Part shown: positions 1 through 11,878 of the stretch, piece by piece
Numbering within the stretch: position 1 is the stretch's first letter
Layout: each line of letters starts with the position of its first letter
Origin: Obrimoposthia wandeli
Lineage: Eukaryota
Direction of reading: 5' to 3'
NCBI GenBank assembly: GCA_977020255.1
Contig: CDROCS010003742.1
Span: 496,001-560,000, forward strand
Length of the DNA: 64,000 bases
The notes under the pieces: model-generated
What the model was told of the DNA's origin: nothing
What the model saw: only the letters and a program-made list of their open reading frames with translations
Databases searched by the model: none
Made by a program: the position numbers and the translations under genes

Positions 1-2740
1 AACCCATATGTGTATCTACCCAGCTATGTATCAACCCAGATGTGTATCTACACATTTATGTATATATCCAGCTGTGTATCTACCTATATATATATCAACC
101 CAGCTATGTATCAACCCAGATGTGTATCTACATATTTATGTATATATCCAGCTATGTATCTGCCTATATATGTATCTACCCAGGTATGTATCAACCCAGA
201 TGTGTATCTACACATTTATGTATCTACCCAGCTATGTATCAACCCAGATGTGTATCTACACATTTATGTATATATCCAGCTATGTATCTACCTATATATG
301 TATCAACCCAGGTATGTATCTACCCAGCTATGTATCAACCCAGATGTGTATCTACACATTTATGTATATATCCAGCTATGTATCTACCTATATATGTATC
401 AACCCAGGTATGTATCAACCCAGGTATGTATCTACCCAGCTATGTATCAACCCGGGTATGTATCTACCTAGCTATGTATCAACCCAGATGTGTATCTACC
501 CAGCTATGTATCAACCCAGATGTGTATCTACCCAGCTATTTATAAACCCAGATGTGTATCTACCCAGCTATGTATCAACCCAGATGTGTATATACACATT
601 TATGTATATATCCAGCTATGTATCTACCTATATATGTATATACCCAGCTATGTATCAACCCAGATGTGTATCTACCCAGCTATGTATCAACTTAGATGTG
701 TATCTACACATTTATGTATATATCCAGCTATGTATCTACCTATATATGTATCAACCCAGGTATGTATCAACCCAGATGTGTATCTACACATTTATGTATA
801 TATCCAGCTATGTATCTACCTATATATGTATCAACCAGGTATGTATCTACCCAGATGTGTATCAATCCAGATGTGTATCTACCCAGATGTGTATCTACAC
901 ATTTATGTATATATCCAGCTATGTATCAACCCAGGTATGTATCTACCCAGATGTGTATCAACCCAGATGTGTATCTACCCAGCTATGTATCAACCCAGAT
1001 GTGTATCTACCCAGATGTGTATCTACACATTTATGTATATATCCAGCTATGTATCAACCCAGATGTGTATCTACCCAGATGTGTATCTACCCAGATGTGT
1101 ATCTACACATTTATGTATCTACCCAGCTATGTATCAACCCAGATGTGTATCTACTCATTTATGTATATATCCAGCTATGTATCAACCCAGGTATGTATCT
1201 ACCCAGCTATGTATCAACCCATATGTGTATCTACCCAGCTATGTATCAACCCATATGTGTATCTACCCAGCTATGTATCAACCCAGATGTGTATCTACCC
1301 AGCTATGTATCAACCCAGATGTGTATCTACACATTTATGTATATATCCAGCTATGTATCTACCTATATATGTATCAACCCAGGTATGTATCAACCCAGGT
1401 ATGTATCTACCCAGCTATGTATCAACCCGGGTATGTATCTACCCAGCTATGTATCAACCCAGATGTGTATCTACCCAGCTATGTATCAACCCAGATGTGT
1501 ATCTACCCAGCTATTTATAAACCCAGATGTGTATCTACCCAGCTATGTATCAACCCAGATGTGTATATACACATTTATGTATATATCCAGCTATGTATCT
1601 ACCTATATATGTATATACCCAGCTATGTATCAACCCAGATGTGTATCTACCCAGCTATGTATCAACTTAGATGTGTATCTACACATTTATGTATATATCC
1701 AGCTATGTATCTACCTATATATGTATCAACCCAGGTATGTATCAACCCAGATGTGTATCTACACATTTATGTATATATCCAGCTATGTATCTACCTATAT
1801 ATGTATCAACCAGGTATGTATCTACCCAGATGTGTATCAATCCAGATGTGTATCTACCCAGCTATGTATCAACCCAGATGTGTATCTACCCAGATGTGTA
1901 TCTACACATTTATGTATATATCCAGCTATGTATCAACCCAGGTATGTATCTACCCAGATGTGTATCAACCCAGATGTGTATCTACCCAGCTATGTATCAA
2001 CCCAGATGTGTATCTACCTAGATGTGTATCTACACATTTATGTATATATCCAGCTATGTATCAACCCAGATGTGTATCTACCCAGATGTGTATCTACCCA
2101 GATGTGTATCTACCCAGATGTGTATCTACCCAGATGTGTATCTACACATTTATGTATCTACCCAGCTATGTATCAACCCAGATGTGTATCTACTCATTTA
2201 TGTATATATCCAGCTATGTATCAACCCAGGTATGTATCTACCCAGCTATGTATCAACCCATATGTGTATCTACCCAGCTATGTATCAACCCATATGTGTA
2301 TCTACCCAGCTATGTATCAACCCAGATGTGTATCTACCCAGCTATGTATCAACCCAGATGTGTATCTACCCAGGTATGTATCAACCCGGGTATGTATCTA
2401 CCCAGCTATGTATCAACCCAGATGTGTATCTACCCAGATGTGTATCAACCCAGATGTGTACCTACCCAGATGTGTATCAACCCAGATGTGTATCTACACA
2501 TTTATGTATATATCCAGCTATGTATCTACCTATATATGTATCAACCCAGGTATGTATCTACCCAGCTATGTATCAACCCAGATGTGTATCTACCCAGATG
2601 TGTATCAACCCAGATGTGTATCTACACATTTATGTATATATCCAGCTATGTATCTACGTATATATGTATCAACCCAGGTATGTATCTACCCAGGTATGTA
2701 TCAACCCAGCTATGCAAGTACCCAGGTATGGAACAGTTAA
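1..2740. repeat. Minisatellite array of 14-16-bp ATGT(A/G)TC(T/A)ACCCAG-type units with a 975-bp higher-order duplication
   Basis: Continuous tandem variants of atgtatctacccagct / atgtatcaacccag. The rare variant atttataaaccc recurs at about 538 and 1513, and identical ORF starts occur at 696 and 1671 (both 975 apart). Confidence 0.95.
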
Positions 2741-4424
2741 ATAATGATTATTTTTAAATTTCTTTAAATATTGTAGCGATGTTTTCAAACGACGTGTAGC
2801 TTGATTTTATCAGGTGAGAGTAAATCTTACGCAGAAACAAGTCAAATATCCCTAGTTCTAAAAGATTAGGAAGAAAATTAACTGAAAAAAAATGTCCATG
2901 AAAGAAATATATAATAGTGAAATTGAAACAAATCCTTCTATAAGAGCAAATACAATTGTTGCATTGTGAACCGATTGAGTTCAATAGTTCTATATTTTGG
3001 TTACACAACAGGTTGGGCGGAAGAAGTTAGCAAATAGACTCACAGAGTCGCTCATTCTCAGCAACTGGGGACGCTCCGTGACCACCCATTGGGCAATGTC
3101 GAGATGACCGCTGAGGACGGCCTCGTGAAGGGCATTGCGGCCATTCTGTGTCATTACAAGGTCATATTATTGAGCACATGAGAATGGTAATTTTACATTC
3201 AAATTTACATCAAAATCAGGAAAGTCTGTAAAGAAAGATGATACAGGTAAAATATTATCATTTGTCTATAGGGCCATTTTCAAAAACCTTTCTAAACATT
3301 GAGATCCCTTAACTAAAGATTTTCCTTAGCTAAGCTATTCTAACATCAGCACAGCTAGAATACAAACAAACATTTTTAAGGGTAAATTCAATCTTTCAAG
3401 ACTTCATTCTAATATTTCCATAAATACAGATTTGATTTGAACATCATGTTTACTTGTTTCATTTCTTGAAGTATGGAAATCTAGTCCGCAAATCGATCCA
3501 ACATTGTATCAAACGTTTAGTCCCTATTCATCGGATGTTTAGCTTCAATAATGCCTTCAGAAGACTTTGCTGAATATTGTCGATACGACTCATAGAACGA
3601 ATGAACATTCTTGAACTGGAAAAGGCCTATTTTCAACCCTGGATATCTAAAAAAGTCAGGGAAATAAAAGTTAAAGTCCGTTAACGTTATCTTTAAAATT
3701 AATATTTTTACAAAGAATAGTTTATGAAAACTAATGGATAAAGGTTCTTTGTATAGTTTGGTGCGTTTCCATTCATTTTTCGAATTTATCAACATTTCAA
3801 TAGTAACAGGATAATGTACTCAACACCACACCAGAATCCAGCTAAGAAAGCTATTCAAAATAGTAAACTCCACTTAAATGGCGACGGCTTTACTCTTTAT
3901 CAAAGTTTCAAATATAGATGCTACATATGCGATTCTGTAAACATTTTGAAGCTTTTCTAACTCAATATATGCAGGTCCTTCGTCATTCCGCTGTGTTTTC
4001 CCGTTAATTTTAACAGCTTAAATTCAAATAGTTGACTTTTTCTTGAACCAAAATTCTGTGATTAAAATAAAGCTAGTAGTTGTAACTAATAACACAAGTA
4101 GTTGTGCTAAAATAAGCAAAACGCCATTTTGTGTCAGTTGTTTTAATATGTAGATGTTTTCTGTGTGTAGTAATTCAAATAATAAATTATTAGAAGCCTT
4201 AGTTATTTTCCTCATAACAGTAGTTAGATATGATCTTGATATATTGTCCAAGTTTGAAAATTTTAGAATTTATCGACTTTGAGTAGTTAACTGCAGCATC
4301 TTCTTAAAAGAAGCGTCTTGGTGAGTCTTCTGTATTCTTCATAATCATTACATTTTCTCACTCTTAAAAGGATAATATTGTAAAGCTTGCATGGATACAT
4401 CCGATTTCTTACTTCCATATTGCC

Positions 4425-4800
4425 TTCCTCACTGCCTTGTTCATAATTACTTGTAATCTGTCTAGATGAAGTTGTGGAGGATTGTACAATAATGAGTCGT
4501 GGAAGTCGTCTGGAAGTGGCAACTGCATCCATAAACATGGTGGAGGTTTCTTTTATAGATAATTGGTGAATAATCCCCACTGCCTTGTTCATAATTACTC
4601 GTAATCTGTCTAGATGAAGTTGTGGAGGATTGTACAATATTGAGTTGTGGAAGTCGTCTGGAAGTGGCAATGGCATCCATAAACATGGTGGAGGTTTCTT
4701 TGATAGATAATTGGTGGATAATCCTCACTGCCTTGTTCATAATTACTTGTCATCTGTCTAGATAAAGTTGATGATATCATCTAGAAGTGGCAATAGCATT
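4425..4800. repeat. About 2.5-3 copies of a 148-bp tandem repeat
   Basis: actgccttgttcataattac begins at 4431, 4579 and 4727. Confidence 0.85.
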
Positions 4801-5361
4801 CATAAATAAGGTGGAGGATTCTTTGGATAAATATTTTCTAATGTTAGTTATTTTTTAATTCTTTTCATATATAATTGTATCAATTTCTGGCCAAATTTTG
4901 AGTTTGTAGAAGCATGATAAGTTCCGTATTTTGCTGCTTGAATTATATCTCCCAAATGCTGAGAGATAGAATTTGAAACAAAGAGGGTGCCTACAAAGAC
5001 GTCTTCATATTTTACAACTAAATGTATCTTTATCGGGAATTTACTGTACAAAAAACGTACTAGAACCTTTTGTGAACAGTTAAAAATTTAGTGAAGAAGA
5101 AGTGCAGATAAAATTGTAAGAATTAAATACCATTTAGAGCAAAAAGCCTAAATCATCTCTGACTGGAGTTTTATCGGAACTACAAGGTTAAATAATCTGT
5201 ATTCCGGAGCGCCATGTGAACAGAGGCGGAATGAGAATACAATATTCCAACAAAAAGGTGAACCATCTCATTGATGCAGTGAGTCATGAAAAGATTAAAT
5301 ACCACGAATCGTTTCATGAGCTCCTATTAAAGAACAGACTGGCAAACCAGAAGATATTGTT

Positions 5362-5948
5362 AGTAGGTAGATGTGTGATTTCTGGCACAAAGACCCCCCT
5401 GAGGACAAGTCAAAAATCTAGGTCAAATTTTTTGAAATTTGCGCGAAAAATTTTGAACTCAAATTTTTTATGACAGATGTTGGTAAAATTTCTCCCGAGA
5501 ACACATGATTTTTTATTTAAAGTCATGAGGACAACTTAAGGTCACGATGAGGACAAGATGTAGGTCATGACCTCATGAGGTCAAGGCAAGTTAAGGTCAT
5601 GACGTCATGAGGACAATGTACTTTAAGGTCACGGTGAGGTCAAAAAGATTATATTTTTAGTAACATACTTTAAATCTATATATCTTTTTTATCTAAAGGT
5701 GGTATTAACACCAATTCACCAAAAGACATCTCGTGTGTGTGTGTTTTATAATTTAAATTAAATTATCTACTTATAAAATAAAGTATTATATAATTTGATA
5801 AATTTATTTAAACTAAATTCAATTAAACTATCTACTTATAAAATAAAGTATTATATAATTTGATAATCATGTTTAAACGTTCCTATATCTATCTAACAAA
5901 GACAGTCACGTACTGCATCTATATTGCAAAAACCTGCAAATTTATGTA
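5362..5948 (+). repeat. Outer Polinton left terminal inverted repeat
   Basis: Reverse complement of about 30012-30894, apart from a MITE and small indels in the right copy. Rich in tcatga/ggtca palindromic motifs. Confidence 0.9.
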
Positions 5949-6046
5949 AATAAAAATATATTTAAAATAAAGACAAGTATTTCTAACACATATATTCCTT
6001 AAAATCACAAAAGAGAATAAAAATATGTACAACACATATAAAAAGT

Positions 6047-6543
6047 TTATACAACCTCATCCGGGTATAAAAAGTGACCATAGGCGACTGAACGGTTTTT
6101 CTCCACCCACTTGCGCTTATCATCACTACTGCTTAAGGCAATTTTACTTAACCTTACAGAAAAAAGTTGATGATTTAGCGAGCTTATACGTTGTTGTTGT
6201 ACACGCTCGCTAACGCAACTCTCATAGATGGCTAAGTAATTAGAATGTCTAATACTTGTCTGTCGGAGAATTAGAATGTCTAATACTTTAGCTCTCATCT
6301 GAGATTCACCTTCTGAAGTCTCTAAGCTATATGATTTTGGACGTAGAAAAACCCTTGCCTATAGCTAAATAATCCTTTGCTTTCATCTTTAACGTTACCA
6401 ATCGCTGTATTAAGCGTCGTATAAAGCGGATGGGCTTTTGGAAATGTCTAGGTATCCAACAGTCCAACAGCAATCATAGCAGGTAACAGTTATTCTTGAA
6501 CATTGACATTATTACACTTCAAGAAAAAGCTATCAGTGTCACC
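6047..6543 (-). pseudogene. Outer pPolB C-terminal part (GDTDSFFL...SSSDDKRKWVEKNRSVAYGH)
   Basis: The minus strand from 6543 reads GDTDSFFLKCNNVNVQE*LLPAMIAVGLLDT*. It ends in ALSSSDDKRKWVEKNRSVAYGHF, matching the inner PolB end. In-frame stops and a short tandem duplication are present. Confidence 0.9.
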
Positions 6544-7412
6544 AGTAGGTAGAAGGATGGAGTCTAGACCACTTTACCCCCCCCCCCCTAAAGGATGACA
6601 TACCATAAGGATGTCTCGCCACACCATAAGGGTATATGTTGCCTCACCTTCGGTGAGGCAACATATACCCTTATGGTATGGCAAGACACCCTTATGGTAT
6701 GACACCCTTTAGGAGGAGGCGGGAGGCGGGGAGGGGAGGGGTAGCGGGGAGGGGTCAAGTGATCTAGACTCCACCCTTCTTTTGGCTATAATCTATGGTT
6801 GTCCATAGTTTAAAGGGTAAAGTGGCTTAATCTCCACCCTTCTTTTTGTGATCTAGTCTCCACCCTTCTTTTTGTGGTCTAGTCTCCACCCATCTTTTTG
6901 TGGTCTAGTCTCCACCCTTCTTTTAGTGATCTAGTCTCCACCCTTCTTTTTGTGGTCTAGTCTCCACCCTTCTTTTTGTGGTCTAGTCTCCACCCTTATT
7001 TTTGGCTAACCACTAATTCAAAGGATCAAGTGGCTTAGTCTCCACCCTTCTTTTTGTGATCTAGTCCATAATGAAAATTTATGATAAAGTTCACACTTAA
7101 CTATTAAGAATGTATGACGTAATCATACACACACTATTCTATGTGAAATTTATACTAAGTTCACTCTTATTAGTTAAGAATGTATTACGTAATCACACAC
7201 ATACTATTCTATGTGAAAATTTATGATAAAGTTCACTCTTATCAGTTAAGAAATGTGGTTTTTAACACACACATACACTATTTTATGTGAAATTTAAACT
7301 AAAGTTCACTCTTATCAGTTAAGGAATGTATTACGTAATCACACACATACTATTCTATGTGAAAATTTAGATCAAAGTTTTTTTCCCAGGCTTACACATC
7401 TAAAGAATTATG
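6544..7412 (+). repeat. Inner left TIR: 60-bp-arm hairpin, G-tracts, about 26-bp repeats, about 60-bp repeats
   Basis: Reverse complement of about 17757-18564, differing by a few substitutions and by internal repeat copy number. Confidence 0.92.
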
Positions 7413-7493
7413 TTAAAATTTGTATTAAATCAAAATTAAATCAAAAATAAATAAGAAAGAAGTCAGAGAATAATACAAAATTAAACACATTTA

Positions 7494-10400
7494 TTATGTT
7501 ATTTCATAATGTCCATAAGCGCGGCTTCTATTTTTCTCGATCCAATAGCGCTTGTCATCTGATGAGCTGAGAGCAGTCTTTTGTATTATGATTGTGTATA
7601 GTTGATGATTTATTGTTCCAAACTTCTTTTGAGGTATAGTATATGCAATACCGTTTTCATACACGTCTAAATATGTTTGATGTACAACCGTTGAACCCTT
7701 AAGATTTACTCCTTTTGATTTATTATTTTCAAAGTCATCTTCAAACTTAAGTGAATAACATTTACAAAGTAAGAAAATCCATTCTTTATACATTCTTCCT
7801 TCCGATTCATCTTTAAATAAACCTATTTTACTATTAAATTTATTAGAATATAATGGATCATTCACATTATAATTTGACGTATCTAATAATCCATCTGCAA
7901 TCATTTTTGGTAACAACTGTTTTCTTAAATTAACGTTTTTACATTCCAAAAAGAATGAATCGGTATCACCGGCAACTATATTAATTGAACAATTGAATAA
8001 ATTACGATATATTTGCAAATCATGATACTGAAGAGTATACATTCGTAATTTGCTAAGGTCTAGTACAGCTTGACCTATATAATTTGGTCGATCGAGACAA
8101 ATAAAATCTTTTCTTAATAAAACAGCTATTAAATTATCATGAATTTCAATTGTTCGTTGAAACATAGGTTTGCTAGTATATGTGATTAATTTTGTAGAAC
8201 TAGTGCAGATGCGAAGATTCAATCGTTTCTTAACATTTTCAACAGTCTTTCCATACAAACTAACATTTTTAAGTTTATAAAAATCTTTGTCACATTTATT
8301 CGTTGCTTGTGATCTCATTTCTGAATTATATTCTATATATTCTGCGAATATCTTAGCCTGAGAGAATTTTACTGCTCGATGAATAATTGTTACCACTGCT
8401 CCTAAACTAACATACATCTGCAATAGTCTCCAATGAATAACATAATGACTTTTTGGCGAATGTGTCATTAAAAGTTTTTCAACTTTTTTACCAGGTGGAC
8501 ATTTCTTTTCTGGAGCTATAGGAAGATCATCTAAAAAGTCATGAAGGTTTTCTGGTATTACCAAGTCTACTTCCATAAAATAACCATATTCAATATGTTC
8601 CATGTTCACATTTTTTATTTCATGCAATATTTCGTTTAATTTTATATCATCAAGAATCCATTCAAAATCTCCTTTTGGTAAAGGTTGATCAAGAGCCCAT
8701 CCATATAAATTATTAACATCTATAAATAAAAGACTTGTTTCTTCATCAGCGACTACATGATGCTTATTGACAAATGTCATTCCTCCTCGTATACCCGAAG
8801 AAATCATGTTGTACATTTCAGGATCCTGCATCAGTTCAACCTTATGTTTTAACATTTTTAGAGCACTTGCCCAACTCAATCCAGGAATGCTAAAAAAGTT
8901 AAGTGGTTCTAAACCATCTTCACTGAGAGCTTTTCTTCTGAATGTTTGAAATACGTCAGCTAATAAATATACGTCAGTCTTTAAGTAAACTAACATATAA
9001 TCCAACATATTTCTACAATTGGTTATTTTCCAAACATCTTGTGCTTTTTGATATTCAGTGTCTGTGATTTTATCATTCCATTTTACTGGTAAACTTAACT
9101 TATTCTGGAGGACATTTAATGATGTAGCAAAATCATATGGGAATATTCCTTTGCCATCAATAAGTTTAGATGGAAAAACTGATCTTGTTAATGGAATAGT
9201 TGGTAATTTACCAGCTAAATTTTTCAAAGATGATTGTAAAAATTGCAAAGAATCTATAAATCTCAGAGTTATTTGACCTAATCTTACAATCATGGCTTGA
9301 AACTTTTCCGTTGATTGTGGTATAATATTTATATCCCAGTCAGTAAATTTATTCAATGCATGTTTTAAAATATGATGTAAATCATAACCTCTGAGATTAT
9401 GAAACACAATAGGTAAAGTTGGACGAAGTTTTCTTGATAAATTACATTCATTGCATGCAGGACCTAGATATTTACCAGTAAAGTGATCATGATCTTTAAC
9501 ATATTTTTCAGATGATTCGTGACATAAATAACATTCATTGGTATTGCTAAATGTATGAATCTCTGCATTTGTTAAGGGAATCATTACGTTTTTAAGAGCA
9601 TCTAAATACCATGGTAAAACCTTTTCTTTAGCCAAGTTCTCTATTGACTGAAGAAACTTAACTATGCAGTCATCACCAACATTATATTGATACTGGGTTT
9701 CAATTTCATCTGTACTCATAAATAACATGCCAGATGCGACAGGCATATGCTTTTGATGATAACTCTCATCTGGTACTAATACAGATTCAAAATCAGCGTA
9801 AACGACATATTTCGGTGATATAGTTTTTGACCAATCATTGAATTTAACGTACTTATTCTTAGGCATAGTATACATTGTAGTGCTTTCTTGATTATAGTCA
9901 CATAAAACTTTATGCTTTTCTAATGACAAATCGGTTTTGAAACCATGTAAACACTTTTCACACCATTTTCTGCTAATTCTAGTCGTTCCAGTTCGAATAT
10001 TTAATAGCCGGTTAAGACAAGTTATTCCTATATAATGAAACCGTTCCTTGGATTCTAGTAACAATAAATTAACTATAGTTCCTTCCTTTATTTTTGATTT
10101 GTATGCAATATCAATATAAGGATTCTTGATAACATCAGTTTTTGATTCTTTTTCACTTATCTCGTTGAATATGAATACATTTATTATTATACCAGGATTT
10201 TGCCGTTCAAATTTTGATATATTTGATATTTTCATAGGCATGTCTTCGGAATTATATACAAAATCATTTAAAAATCTTTCATATTGGCTTGGTCTATTTT
10301 TATGTGAGTCTATTTCATTATATTTAAGTATTGACAATATTGCATAAATAAAGCAAAGATTATCAGAGTTTTGAATATTGACGACTGCTTTAGATTTTGT

Positions 10401-11135
10401 AAGAGAATTTGATGATTTAATATATGAATGACCTGACAATGCACAAATTTGACTATATTTAGTAACAATAAATGCATATTCAAGTATATTCATCAATTTC
10501 CAACCACTACCTTTTTCTGAATATTCTTCAACTTTATTTTCCATTGTATTTTCCATTTCTGAAATTATAGCATGTGAAAAAATCATTGCTCGATGCGAAG
10601 CATACCATTCTTTAGTTTCTCCATCATTCTTTTCAAACCTCATTCTAATGATGTATTGTATCTTTGCTTTTCCCATTAATTGCACTATTTGCACTAGTTC
10701 GTTTAATAATGAAACTGGAACCTTAAGACTTACAAGATTGAGATGATCTACTTTCATGGATATCATTGAATAACTATTTTCTAATGATGTTTTAGTATGT
10801 ATATTATCATTTATTTTACGTTTTCGTGACGTAATTGTAGGAGCTGAAATTACTATGTTTGATGGTACATTAATTATATCAGTTCTTTTGCTTAAAGCCG
10901 GTACTTTAAATAATTCTTTCTTACTAACATTTTCATATGCTTTTAAATGACTAACATGTCGACTATAAAATAAGTTGTAATCAACATTTTCAGTGCTTAA
11001 ACATTGTGGACATATGAAATAATTTATCTTTTTGTTTGAATAACCATAATATTTTTTCATTATATCATGACATTCTTGAGGATTAAAATGTGTATCCGAA
11101 AAACAAATATTTGAATAAGTTTTACATATACTCAT
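7494..11135 (-). CDS. Protein-primed family B DNA polymerase (pPolB) with N-terminal Cys/His motif and vOTU-like/terminal-protein region
   Basis: Exo I YADFES, motif A DVNNLY, motif B KLKNVSLYGK, motif C AGDTDS, Zn insert CYLC...HDH...CNECN, and VNIQNSDNLCF. The frame is open from 11219. The first ATG (MSICK) is at 11135 and aligns with the outer PolB start. Confidence 0.95.
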   Translation of the reverse strand: MSICKTYSNICFSDTHFNPQECHDIMKKYYGYSNKKINYFICPQCLSTENVDYNLFYSRHVSHLKAYENVSKKELFKVPALSKRTDIINVPSNIVISAPTITSRKRKINDNIHTKTSLENSYSMISMKVDHLNLVSLKVPVSLLNELVQIVQLMGKAKIQYIIRMRFEKNDGETKEWYASHRAMIFSHAIISEMENTMENKVEEYSEKGSGWKLMNILEYAFIVTKYSQICALSGHSYIKSSNSLTKSKAVVNIQNSDNLCFIYAILSILKYNEIDSHKNRPSQYERFLNDFVYNSEDMPMKISNISKFERQNPGIIINVFIFNEISEKESKTDVIKNPYIDIAYKSKIKEGTIVNLLLLESKERFHYIGITCLNRLLNIRTGTTRISRKWCEKCLHGFKTDLSLEKHKVLCDYNQESTTMYTMPKNKYVKFNDWSKTISPKYVVYADFESVLVPDESYHQKHMPVASGMLFMSTDEIETQYQYNVGDDCIVKFLQSIENLAKEKVLPWYLDALKNVMIPLTNAEIHTFSNTNECYLCHESSEKYVKDHDHFTGKYLGPACNECNLSRKLRPTLPIVFHNLRGYDLHHILKHALNKFTDWDINIIPQSTEKFQAMIVRLGQITLRFIDSLQFLQSSLKNLAGKLPTIPLTRSVFPSKLIDGKGIFPYDFATSLNVLQNKLSLPVKWNDKITDTEYQKAQDVWKITNCRNMLDYMLVYLKTDVYLLADVFQTFRRKALSEDGLEPLNFFSIPGLSWASALKMLKHKVELMQDPEMYNMISSGIRGGMTFVNKHHVVADEETSLLFIDVNNLYGWALDQPLPKGDFEWILDDIKLNEILHEIKNVNMEHIEYGYFMEVDLVIPENLHDFLDDLPIAPEKKCPPGKKVEKLLMTHSPKSHYVIHWRLLQMYVSLGAVVTIIHRAVKFSQAKIFAEYIEYNSEMRSQATNKCDKDFYKLKNVSLYGKTVENVKKRLNLRICTSSTKLITYTSKPMFQRTIEIHDNLIAVLLRKDFICLDRPNYIGQAVLDLSKLRMYTLQYHDLQIYRNLFNCSINIVAGDTDSFFLECKNVNLRKQLLPKMIADGLLDTSNYNVNDPLYSNKFNSKIGLFKDESEGRMYKEWIFLLCKCYSLKFEDDFENNKSKGVNLKGSTVVHQTYLDVYENGIAYTIPQKKFGTINHQLYTIIIQKTALSSSDDKRYWIEKNRSRAYGHYEIT

Positions 11136-11241
11136 CTGATGATATGATTGATTTGATTTGACTGATTGGATATTGGTTGATTTGTAGACTGAATAAAAAA
11201 AAAATATATATAAATACAATAATTTAATTATTTTACTTACA

Positions 11242-11790
11242 ATGTTAACAAATATTAATTATAAAAGAATTTGCTTAGATGATGTATCCAAATTAAAATT
11301 TCGAACACTACCAGAACAATACGTTTATAAAGCCAAAGATTATACAATACTTATTTTTAGAAATAAGAAATGCAGGATTATGGGATGTAAGGTACCTATT
11401 AAAAATATTTCTTACCCTTTAAGAATAAATATACTTGGTATTCAATCAATTACGATATGTGAAAATTTAGAACAAAGTATCAATCTATTTATATTATCGA
11501 ATGTATTACGTAATGCATGTTCATTTGACCCTGAGGTTTTCCCAGGCTTAAGATTAAATATTTTCAATCCATTGTGTGTAAATATTTTCACATCTGGAAA
11601 GGTCGTAATTTTAGGTCTTAGAAATTTAGATTTTCAAGATCAAGTTAACGATATCATGACATACATTAAAAAAAATTATATAAATACGAAACAATTTCTA
11701 ATTAATTATGGTGAAACAAAGATTTCGGATATTCAAGAAGATGGAAGAAGTCTCATCTGGACCGATTCATACAGCGACCGAATATTTTGA
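11242..11790 (+). CDS. TATA-binding-protein-like cargo protein
   Basis: IQSITICENLEQSINLFILSNVLRNACSFDPEVFPGLRLNIFNPLCVNIFTSGKVVILG matches TBP repeat 2 (IQNMVGSCDVKFPIRL...[33 protein letters not shown]). YTILIFRNKKCRIMG resembles a degenerate repeat 1. Confidence 0.8.
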   Translation: MLTNINYKRICLDDVSKLKFRTLPEQYVYKAKDYTILIFRNKKCRIMGCKVPIKNISYPLRINILGIQSITICENLEQSINLFILSNVLRNACSFDPEVFPGLRLNIFNPLCVNIFTSGKVVILGLRNLDFQDQVNDIMTYIKKNYINTKQFLINYGETKISDIQEDGRSLIWTDSYSDRIF

Positions 11791-11878
11791 TGTTTAATAA
11801 ATATTTAATAAAATGTTGTTATTGTTATAAACATGTACTTATTCTGATATATTTATTCTATATTAATATTTATATATA

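Noticed and set aside
8-2757. Very long ORFs (910 aa, 755 aa) rich in Y/C/P
   Set aside because: Open in all three frames because the satellite lacks stops; no coding signal.
4287-4740. Repeat-protein reading of the 148-bp repeat ORFs
   Set aside because: The period is not divisible by 3 and no recognisable domain appears in any frame.
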